Below are positions 32,955 through 42,800 of a stretch of DNA of 64,000 nt, piece by piece. The position numbers and the translations under genes are program-made. The notes beneath the pieces were generated by a model. It was not told where the DNA came from. It did no database searches and saw nothing but the letters and a program-made list of their open reading frames with translations. Location: contig OZ251222.1 in NCBI GenBank assembly GCA_965240325.2, positions 1,116,001 through 1,180,000 of the forward strand, read 5' to 3'. Numbering within the stretch: the stretch's first letter is position 1; the number at the start of each line of letters is the position of its first letter. Source of the DNA: Rebecca billardiae RCC1528. Its lineage: Eukaryota; Protista; Haptophyta.

Positions 32955-35597
32955 ATGTCGCCGTCCGTGTTGCTGCGCCGAGCGTGCGCACTTCGATCGC
33001 GCCCGCACGCGTGCATTACGGGCGCATCGACGCTGCTCGCGCGCGGTCGAGCGGCCACGACCCTCCCAACGCTCGACGCCGAAGCGGGCGCGGCTAGCGC
33101 GGAGTTTGCGCCCACAGTGAAGATGAGCGACTTTGCCTACACGCTGCCCGATGAGCTCATCGCGCGGTACCCCGCGGAGCCTCGCGATTCGTCGAGGCTT
33201 CTTGTGGACACCCTCTCTCCGGAGGACTCGCGCGCGGCCGAGGGCGCAGCAGACGTCCTGAGGCATGCGCTGCACGCGCCGAGTGCAGAGCTCGCCACCC
33301 ACGTGGCGCGCGAGGCGCACGCCCTGGATGCGGCGGACGGGAGCGAGACCCGCGATGGGTACGTGGACCTGGCGTTCTCCAGCATTACGCGCTTGCTACC
33401 CGGCCGCGTGCACCTCGTCTTCAACGACTCGCGCGTCTTTGCCGCCCGGCTCTCTGCGGTGCCTGCGCACGGTGCGACTGCGCTCGACGGCGCAGCCGGA
33501 TCGCCGGTGGAGGTGCTCCTGCTTGGGCCGGAGGACCCGGCGGTCGACCCAGCGAGCGCGCTGTCCGCGCCGGTGGGCACGCACGCCTGGCGCGCCATGG
33601 TGCGCTCGCCGGTCGCTGAGGGTGCACGTGCCGCGTTTGTCGCAGCGGCTGGCGGCAGTCTGGCCGGCGCGAGCGCGCCGCTCGCGGCTGGGCTGGCGGG
33701 GCAGCAGCTGTGGATCGAGGTGGCGCATGTGCACTCGGCGTGGGTGGAGGAGGGCGAGCCGGACGGCGTGGAGGCAGCGGTCACGCTCGCCCTCGCGCCG
33801 CCGCCGTCGGCGTCCGCGGGCACGCCGGCCGGCGCCACGCCGGCCGCCTCTGGGGGCCTTCAACCCACGCGCTCTGCCGAGGCCCCCTCCGTGGCAGCCA
33901 TGCTGCAGCAGCTGGGCGAAGTGCCGATCCCGCCGTACCTGGGGCGGAAGGCGGAGTCCTCGGACGAGACGTCGTACCAGACAGTCTACGCGTCCTCTCA
34001 GCGCACCGGCTCGGTCGCCGCGCCAACCGCAGGCCTGCACTTCACGGCGGAAACCCTCGCAGCGCTGCGCGAGGCGGGCGCGCGCATGTCGCGGGTCGCC
34101 CTGCACGTCGGAGCCGGCACGTTCAAGCCGGTGACGAGCGAGAGCGTCGACACGCACGAGATGCACTGCGAATCCTTCGAGGTCTCGCCCGCCGAGCTCG
34201 ACGCGCTCGCCGAGAGCGCCGACGCGTGCGTGCCCATTGTCGCGGTGGGCACGACCTCGGCACGCGTGCTCGAATCCCTGTATTGGCTGGGCTTGCGTGC
34301 GCTCGGTGCGCCGGCGGCGCCGCAGCGGCCCGCCGGCGCGTTCGAGCACCTCGCGCAGTGGGAGGCGTACGAGCTCGCCGCTGCGCGCGGCCCGCCGGTG
34401 CCGACCGCCGCCGCACTACGCGCGCTCGCAGCTCGCGCGCGCTCAGACGCCCCCGAGCTCCCGGCGGGCTCGCCCTCCGCGCCGGCCCGCGCCGTGCGCG
34501 GCAGCACGGCCCTCTGCATCGCGCCGGGCTACACCTTCCGCGTGCTCTCTGGCCTGGTGACGAACCTGCACCAGCCGGACTCGACGCTGCTGCTGCTCGT
34601 CGGCGCGCTGCTCGGCGGCCCGGCGCGGCTGCACGCGCTGTACGCGCACGCGCTCGAGCGCCGCTACCGCTTCCTGTCTTACGGCGACGCGTGTCTGCTG
34701 CCCAACCGGCAGGCGCTCCTGGGCGCGGGCGCGGAGCAGGCGGCGGGCGGGGCGGGCGCGTGCGCGGCGGCGGCGGGCGGGCGCGGCGGCGCCGGCGCAG
34801 CCGAGCTCTCGGGCGCCGACGGCCGCCCCGCCGCCGCCGAGGCTGCGGGCGGGCGCGTGCTGCTGCACTCGTGCTGCGCGCCGTGCTCGGGCGCGATGAT
34901 TGCGCAGATGCAGTCTGAGGGCTTTGACGTGACCGTCTTCTTCTACAACCCGAACATCCACCCGCGGCGCGAGTACGAGCAGCGCAAGGCGGAGAACAAG
35001 CGGTTCGCCGAGCAGCTGGGCATCCCGTTCGTCGACGCCGACTACGACGCGGACGAGTGGCACCGGCGCGCGCGCGGGATGGAGTTCCTCCCGGAGCGCG
35101 GCGCGCGCTGCACGATGTGCTTTGACATGCGCATGGAGCGGACGGCGCTGTACGCAGCCGAGCACGGCTACTCGCTGATCACGACGACCAACGCCACGTC
35201 GCGCTGGAAGGACGCCAAGCAGGTCGACGACTCGGGCTACCGCGCCGCCGCCAAGTACGACGGCGTCGAGTACTGGTGCCGCGACTGGCAGACGGACGAG
35301 ATGTCGGCGCGCAAATACGAGATCAACGCGGAGCGGCGCTTCTACAAGCAGGAGTACTGCGGCTGCACGCACTCGCTGCGCGACTCGAACATCTGGCGCG
35401 CGAAGCAGGGGCTGCCCCCCGTGCAGATCGGCGCGGCCGACTCGGTGTACACAGACCCCGTCGCCGACTCGGAGGAGGAGTCGGTCGAGGTGGTCGAGAC
35501 CTTCTTTAAGGAGAACTCCGAGTACGAGGCGCAGCTGCGCGCGACGTACGGGCGGCGGCGCAAGGACGCGGGCAGCGTGGACGAGAACAACTGGTGA
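32955..35597 (+). CDS. queA-queH: QueA-QueH fusion (SAM:tRNA ribosyltransferase-isomerase + epoxyqueuosine reductase) with putative organellar presequence
   Basis: QueA motifs DFAYTLPDELIA, LVFNDSRV, PIPPYLGR, YQTVYA, GSVAAPTAGLHFT, LHVGAGTFKPV, VAVGTTS, TNLHQP, YRFLSYGDA; QueH motifs LLHSCCAPCS, FYNPNIHP, ERGARCTMCFDMR, YKQEYCGC; one continuous frame. Confidence 0.95.
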   Translation: MSPSVLLRRACALRSRPHACITGASTLLARGRAATTLPTLDAEAGAASAEFAPTVKMSDFAYTLPDELIARYPAEPRDSSRLLVDTLSPEDSRAAEGAADVLRHALHAPSAELATHVAREAHALDAADGSETRDGYVDLAFSSITRLLPGRVHLVFNDSRVFAARLSAVPAHGATALDGAAGSPVEVLLLGPEDPAVDPASALSAPVGTHAWRAMVRSPVAEGARAAFVAAAGGSLAGASAPLAAGLAGQQLWIEVAHVHSAWVEEGEPDGVEAAVTLALAPPPSASAGTPAGATPAASGGLQPTRSAEAPSVAAMLQQLGEVPIPPYLGRKAESSDETSYQTVYASSQRTGSVAAPTAGLHFTAETLAALREAGARMSRVALHVGAGTFKPVTSESVDTHEMHCESFEVSPAELDALAESADACVPIVAVGTTSARVLESLYWLGLRALGAPAAPQRPAGAFEHLAQWEAYELAAARGPPVPTAAALRALAARARSDAPELPAGSPSAPARAVRGSTALCIAPGYTFRVLSGLVTNLHQPDSTLLLLVGALLGGPARLHALYAHALERRYRFLSYGDACLLPNRQALLGAGAEQAAGGAGACAAAAGGRGGAGAAELSGADGRPAAAEAAGGRVLLHSCCAPCSGAMIAQMQSEGFDVTVFFYNPNIHPRREYEQRKAENKRFAEQLGIPFVDADYDADEWHRRARGMEFLPERGARCTMCFDMRMERTALYAAEHGYSLITTTNATSRWKDAKQVDDSGYRAAAKYDGVEYWCRDWQTDEMSARKYEINAERRFYKQEYCGCTHSLRDSNIWRAKQGLPPVQIGAADSVYTDPVADSEEESVEVVETFFKENSEYEAQLRATYGRRRKDAGSVDENNW

Positions 35598-36435
35598 GGC
35601 GCGTGGTGTCTCGGCCGGCGCGCGGGCGGGCACCGCGCTCGTCGTTGCCGCTGGGGCCTCAGCGCGTCGGATCGTGCCGGGCAGGCATTCGTCGGCCAGC
35701 CTTGAAATTTCTGCCTGTCCGCGTGCCATCCCCGTGGGATTGTCCCGTTTAGCCATCCTGATCCGCTGCCGGCTGCCTCTGGTCTGGCTTCAGCCATTCA
35801 TCATGCTATTGGATGTACAGTAGTCCGAAGGCCGGGAGGGCATGAATCTAAGTTCTCGTAGAACTGGCATCAGTCTCACTCCGCACCCCGCAGCCGGCGC
35901 CCGCCGCCATAGCCATAGGCGGATAGAGAGTAAAGTGCTGCCAATGGCATCGGATGCTGCCTGAGTGCCAGTAACTGTGTCTCGGTTAGACTCAGTCAGT
36001 GCCGGAATAGCTCACCGACCCGGCCTTCCTGTAATCCGGGGCGGTGACCCAAATATTGTGACAGTTCGTACTCAGCACTACGACCATGGCACATTGAAGT
36101 TAGTAGTCCCCGCGCATGTGCGCCCACCACACCGTTCTGGGCCCACGCGGAGTGGGCAGAAAAGTCCAGCGCGTTACACGGCCGCGCCGGATCGCATGAG
36201 GAGGTCAGACCAGCGAGGTTCGAACAGCCGCGCAGACAACAGCCACCTCTGCGTCGATACTGTACAACCGGCCGCAAGCGCTCGGCCGCGGGGCAGAACT
36301 GCCATGAGTGACCGACGCGACGGATCGCCATCGTGCACCGGACCGTAGCCGTTGAGCGCACCGGACCAGCAGCTATCCCAGCAGCCGCAGCCACCTCTTC
36401 GGCGGCGTGTCGAGAGCGAACTTGCGCGGGCCGCG

Positions 36436-37551
36436 ATGGACGACATGTTTGGTCAGCAGGCGCCCGCGGAGCAGGGCGAGGGGGGTGAGGACCCCTTCGG
36501 CGCCTCGACGGCAGCTGTGGATGACCCCAGCGCCGGCTTCATGGGCGTCGAATCCGCGCCACCCCTCGGCGAGGGCGGCGACATGGGTGGCTTTGCGGCT
36601 GAGCCGCTGCCCGGCTCGGATAGCGCAGGCGGCGATGCCTTCGGCGGCATGGGCGGCGACATGCCGGCGTCGATGGGCGAACAGAATGGTGGCGCTGACC
36701 TCGCCGCGTTCGGGGGCGGCGGGGCCGACGACATCATGGGCGGCGCGGGCGGCGACGCAGGCGGGATGGGAGGTAGCATGGGCGACCTGGGGATGATGGG
36801 GGATGGCATGCCGGACATGAGCGCCCCGCCGCCGGACATGGGTGCCCCACCGCCACAGCCCGCAATGACCCAGGACTATGAGCCATCGGCCGTCGCGTAC
36901 GCGCCCCGCGCCCGCCGCCCCGCGCGCGCGCGCCGGCGAGTGCGCCCTCTGGTGGCGTGCGGCGCACGCGCATCTCATGGGCCACCGCCACCCCCGCTGT
37001 GGCTGGCCGCAGCAAGTGGCGCATGCAGCAGGCCGAGATGATCGAGGAGAAGAAGATGAAGGCGGAGGCCGCCGCGCAGGACATGTTGAACAAGGCCAAC
37101 GAGAACCTCGAGCGCTTGGCGAAGGAGCGCGCCGAGGCGAAGGAGAAGCGGGTCAAGGCCAACAGGTGCGTGTGCGCGGGCGCGCAGCACCGACGAGCGG
37201 GGCGGGGCCCAACGCGCGCGCTGCCGGCCGGGTGGACGCGGCGTGCTGGAAGGCATGCTGGCATGCGTGCTGGGCACCCACTCGACGCACGGCTCTCGCC
37301 TGCGCCGGTGCCCTCCGGCCCGTGCTCACACTGTCTGCCTCCCGCCGACGCGCTTCCCGCCGCTCGGGGTTCGATCTGTGCGCAGGGAGGAGCAGACTGA
37401 GGCGCAGATGCAGCGTGACGCGAGCTCAGCGGAGGATGGGCCGGCCGTGTGGACCAAGGTGGGCCAGATTTGCGATCTCAAGGAGAAGACCAGCAAGACG
37501 GTGGACACGAACAGGATGCGCTCTCTGCTCGTGCAGATGAAGCACGGCTGA
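36436..37551 (+). CDS. Clathrin light chain; exons 36436-36896, 37013-37165, 37386-37551
   Basis: Acidic Gly-rich N-terminus, KWRMQQ coiled coil, C-terminal WTKVGQICDL..DTNRMRSLLVQMK; two GT-AG phase-2 introns. Confidence 0.88.
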
Positions 37552-38354
37552 GGTGGTCAGCCCTGCTGTGCCGCCAGTTTGCCTCTGTTGGCCTGCGCGC
37601 GTAGCCACGCACCGCACGCAGCGGCAGGTCGTTGCTGCATGCCCACATGTTCTTTGTCCCGAGGGCGCTCGGCACCGACGCGGCGCACGCCTCTTTCTGC
37701 TCAGCGCGATGCCGAGCTCATGGGCTATGGCTGCAATTCTGTACGGGCCGTCCGGCGCAGCCGGCTAAGAGTGCGGGCTGTCAGACCGCGATGCCTGGGG
37801 CTGGACCCGACCGTCTGCCTGGAACCAAGACTGCTGATCGGCAACAGGAACAGCCAGTGACCGACCAGGAGTTGCCCGGGCCGCATCAGCCATCAGTCTG
37901 ATCACTGACTTAGTTCACGGTCTGCCGCACGCCGCCGCCGCTGAGTCCGCGACCGGAGTCCGACCGAGTCAGGAGCTCGCGGGCGCCCGCGCTGCTTCCG
38001 ACTCCGCCGAGACTCTCTCTCCGCGGTACGGCCGGTACGGTAGTACTACCGGTGAGTGACTCGTGATCCAGACTCACCAGAGACCTTACTCCTTACTCAC
38101 TCATGCCCGGATGGCACTCGGCAGATAGTATATAAGCGCTACTATTTAAAAATTAACGTCGTCGTTACTAAATCCGCGATAATCGCCTGCCTGCATCTCG
38201 CCTGCCCGGCTGAGCCGTGTGCCGCTGTCTCTTAGTCTTATTCTTGAGTAAACTGTATATATATAGCTATAATGCAGGAAAGTCAGATTGACGGTACTAA
38301 GACTATTTTAGTTACCGCAGCTTCAGAGTTTAGTATGATAAGCGGATGGATGAC

Positions 38355-38478
<124 letters not shown>

Positions 38479-39821
38479 TGACTCTGACGCCTGTCCGTTG
38501 CATGCCACATCGTTAAATATATCACTCCGCTGAGCCGATTCTCCTCCCCACGTATTAATTACGTTGTCGTTTACCATGGCTACTATTAGAGAAATGCTTG
38601 GACACACTCTAGAAACTACGAGTCTGGGCCTTTCTGATGTCGTGATTCATCTGCCGATATATGCTTTCAGCCTGTATGCGGATTCAAAGCCAATGTGAGA
38701 GGTCTCGACGACGACGAGAGTTCACCACTAGCTTCTGGCGGGGAGAAGTGGTAGCATGGATGTATCTGGTCGGGCATCTGCCTGCCGCATCAGCTATCCG
38801 CTAGTCCGACTCGATGAGTCACTCTTGAAGCCCCACGCTGGGAGAGATGTGCCACATCGAGCAGCATGAGAGTGAGCTTGCTCAAAGCTGCTGGTGTCTA
38901 TGTCGTTGTGGCGGGGGAGTGATGCCTGCTATGCCAAGTTTCCTCGCTGAGCAATGTCAACGGTCTGCACAGAGCCAAGGACAACAATAGTAATGGCTAT
39001 TGTTGTACGACAAGTCCGTGCCTCTGGACGGGCATTGAGCCGTGGCCAGGTCGCAGAGAAGGCTGCTAACAGCCCGCTGATCAGCTTGCTATGCCAGTCG
39101 AGGATTGCTGCCCTGCTATTTCAGAGGGCAGTCGCATGACTACCACGCAGCCAACGTCGATCATCAGACTCACGGCTTGTAGGGTCAGATGGACCATTGC
39201 CAGGCATGCAACGTCGCAGTGGCAGCATGCCAAAGAGGTCAGCATGACCGTCAGAACGGTGCCATCCTGGGCCCCAGTTGCCCATACTTCCCATGCGCAG
39301 CCTCGCGCGACCCGGTCGCACGAGGTCGAGGACGTGGACGTGGACGTGAGAGTGGTCGAAAAGTTCCAAGGGAAGCTGTCACCCACGCTCACACCCTCGC
39401 GGCCGCGGCGACAATCATGCCCACGCCACGTCCCGGTGGGACGGAGGGACGGGATTGGGCAGGGACGCAGGGTTGTCCTCGTTCATACGGTCTACCCGTA
39501 CAAGTAATACACCCCTTTGCTCGAAATAAAGTGTGGGTAATGTGGGTTTATTGGGCGGTTTTCACCCATTTTATAGATGATTGGTACCACCGCTTGAACA
39601 TTTAGAGCTTGCAGAAACTACTACTATTACAGAGAACAAGGCTCGACCGACGAGCGACGTCGATCTCGAATAACGAGATTGCCGCATCAGTTCCATGGTT
39701 GAGCACTTTGAGCGCCTAGCTCAGTGGTTGGCCGAGCGGCTTCGACGCGGCGGCCCCGGGTAAGGAGGACCTACCCTCAACCGCTCGCGCGCTGGGCGAG
39801 AGAGCAACCCCGGCGTGCGGC

Positions 39822-42800
39822 ATGCGCGTCATGCCGGCGGCGCTGTGGCTTCTGGCACCTACGCTGTCGGCGAGCGTGCGCGTGCGCATCGTCCTTCCCT
39901 TGGCGACGGAGACGGATCATGCCATCGCGGCTCTGGATGCGCTCGAGCGATGGAATCTGGCGCCTGCGTGTGCTGGCGTCACGCTGTGGCCGGTCGACGT
40001 GGTGGACTCGCGCGACGACCCCGGCGCCGGCCTGCAGGCGTTTTTCGAGGCGCACGAGGCGGGTGTGCACGCGATCGTAGGCGCGTCGCGCTCGGCGACC
40101 ACGCTCGCGATGGCGCGCGCCGCGCGCCACCTGCCCCTCCTGGTCGTGTCGCCGCGCTCGACCAGTGCCGCGCTGTCAGACGCGGCCGAGCTGCCGTACT
40201 TTGCGCGCACCGTGCCTTCGGACGACGTGCTAGCCACGGCGATCGTCGCGCACGTCGAGCGCCGCGGCTGGCGCAGCATCGGCCTCGCGTACGTGAACGA
40301 TGCGTTCGGCGCTGGCCTGGCTGTTTCGATCGAGCGCGAAAGCGAGGCGCGCGGCATCGCCCTCACGCGCAGCGCGTTCGAGCACGACGAAGGCGACGAG
40401 GCGATCGGTGCGACTATGGGGCGGCTCACGGGCCCGGACGGCTCGCCGCTGTGCGTCGTCATCATCGCCGCGTGCGGCGCACACGTGCGCGCGCTCGCCG
40501 ACGGCGCCGCAGCTGCGGATGTGCCGAGCACGCGCGGCCAGTTGGTCCTGGTGGGTCCGGACCCGACGGCGCTGGTGCGCGAGGCGACGAGCGAGCACGA
40601 GCGGCGACTGCTGAACGGCAGCGTGCTGATCGAGGCGACAGGCGACGACCTCTCTGGCCGCTTCGAGCGCTACGTGAACCAGACGTGGCGGGCCCTTGAT
40701 TCTCGCGCGCTGAACAAGCACCTGCCCGCGCGTGCGCACGTGAGCGCGAGCCGCTTCGGCGGCGCGCACGCGCCGCCGGCGACGGTGCTCTTCGCCGCCG
40801 ACGCTATGGAGACGATCGGTCGCGCGGCGTGCGCGAGCGCCGCGCCGCCCACCGACGCCGCCGCGCTCTCCGCCGCCGTGCGCACCCTGCAGTTTGAAGG
40901 CCTCTCGGGGAGAGTCGCCTTCGACTCGAGCGGCTCGCGCGCGCCGGGCAGCGCGGCCGTGGCGCTGCTCCGCGTGCAGTACGGCGAAGGCGCGCACGCG
41001 GAGGTTCTTCGCGTGGGCACGTTCGGCCCGGCGGGCTGGGTCGAGGCCGCGCAGCCGAAGCGCGTCGCCCACGCCTTCGCCTCGGACGCGGGAGGGGCGC
41101 TCGGCGGCGCGGTGCGGCGCGCGCTGACGGCCGACGGTGGCGCGGAGGCGAGTGCGGAGGGCGAGGGCACGACGGCGATCAGCGGCGCGCACCTCGAGCG
41201 CGACGGCGAGACGGTCTTCATCGTGCTCCTCGTCGCCGTCGGCGTGCTCGGCGCCGCGCTGTGCTGCGCGCTCGCGCTGCTCGCGCGAGACCGCTGGATG
41301 CACCGAGCGGCGCTGCGCGCAAAGGCTGCCGAGGTGGCTGCCTCGGCCTCGAAGAGCAGCGTGCCGCTCGTGATCATCTCGGACGCGGGCGAGGACCTGG
41401 ACGACGAGATGGCGCTGCTGCTCGCGCACTCGCTCCAGGTCGAGGGCCACATCGAGCTGCTCGGCGTCGTCGCGAAGTGCGCGCTCGCGCGCGCGCCGCG
41501 GCACCCAGCACGGGCGCGCGCCGCCTCGCGGCAATCGCGCGATGACACACTAACCCCCGCCGCGCTCCGCTGCGCCTCCCCCGCGCTCGCGCAGCCTCAC
41601 GCCCGAGGTGGAGCGCGCGCGGCTGGTCCGCGGCACGCTGGACGTGCTGGGCATGCAGCACGTGCCGGTGGGTATCGGCACGGACGGCGGCAGCACGTCG
41701 CACGCCGCCGCGTTTCTGGAGAGCGCGCGGTACGCGACTGCTCTGCATTCGGAGCGCATGCACGCGCTCGAGCCCGGGCGCGCGCTGCTGCACCGCGTGC
41801 TCCGCGCGGCGGAGGACAAGTCGGTCACGCTGCTCTGCATCTCGTCGCTCAAGGACGCCGCGCTGCTGCTGCGCGACAACCCGTCGCTGTGCGCGCGCAA
41901 GCTGAACCGCGTGGTGGTGATGGGTGGCGTCGACGTGGAGGCGAGCTCGCGCGAGGGGTATCTGATACCGGACGACGCGCACAACAACACCTTCGACAAG
42001 GGCGCCGCGGCGTACTTCTACCGCGGCTGCGTCGCGCTGGACATCTCGACGACCATCGTGACGCGCCACGCCGCGTACTGCGCCCCCGTGCCCCGCGAGA
42101 CCTACGACCAGCTCGCGCAGTCGGGCAACCCGATCGGCTGGCGTCTGCGTAAGGCGCAGCGCGACTTGATCGAGGATTTGTGGCGCCGCTCGTGCGCGCC
42201 GCCGGGCTCCGCAGAGCGCCGCGGGCTGCCGGACCGGTGCACCTCGGGCTGGTTCTCCACGACCTTCTGCGGCGGCCGCGTCGAGGCGGAGAGCCGGCAC
42301 GCGGAGGACCCGATCTGGGATCTCGTCGTGAGCTTCAACCTGTGCGCGCGGCGCGGCGCGGCGCGCGGCGCGCGGCGCGCGGCGCGCGGCGCGCGGCGCG
42401 CGGCGCTCGGCGCGGCGCGGCGCGCGGCGCGCCCCGCGCCTCCGCTTTGGGCGCGCGCAGAGATGCATGCTCACCACGCCCGCGCTCCTCCACACGCCGC
42501 GCGCGCCGCGCGCGGCGCAGGTACGACGTGGTGGCGCTGTGCGCGGCCGTGCCAGCGCTCAGCTCCAAGCTCTTCTCGCCCACGCTGCTACCTGTCGGCG
42601 GGGCGGTCGTGCCCGAGTCTGCGCGTCGCTCGTCGTCGGAGGAGAGCGCTCGCGGGGGCGAGGGCGGCGCGGAGCCGAGCGCCGAGAGCCGGCGCACCTC
42701 GCGCCGCTTCTCGCAGTCGCTGCGCAGCTCGCTGCAGCGCCGGCTCACGGTCAGGCCCGCCACGCCGCGGCTGCACGCCACGCACTACCTGATCGGCTCG

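Noticed and set aside
38500-39620. Lower-GC tract as a gene or transposase remnant
   Set aside because: No ORF, motif or paired termini identified.
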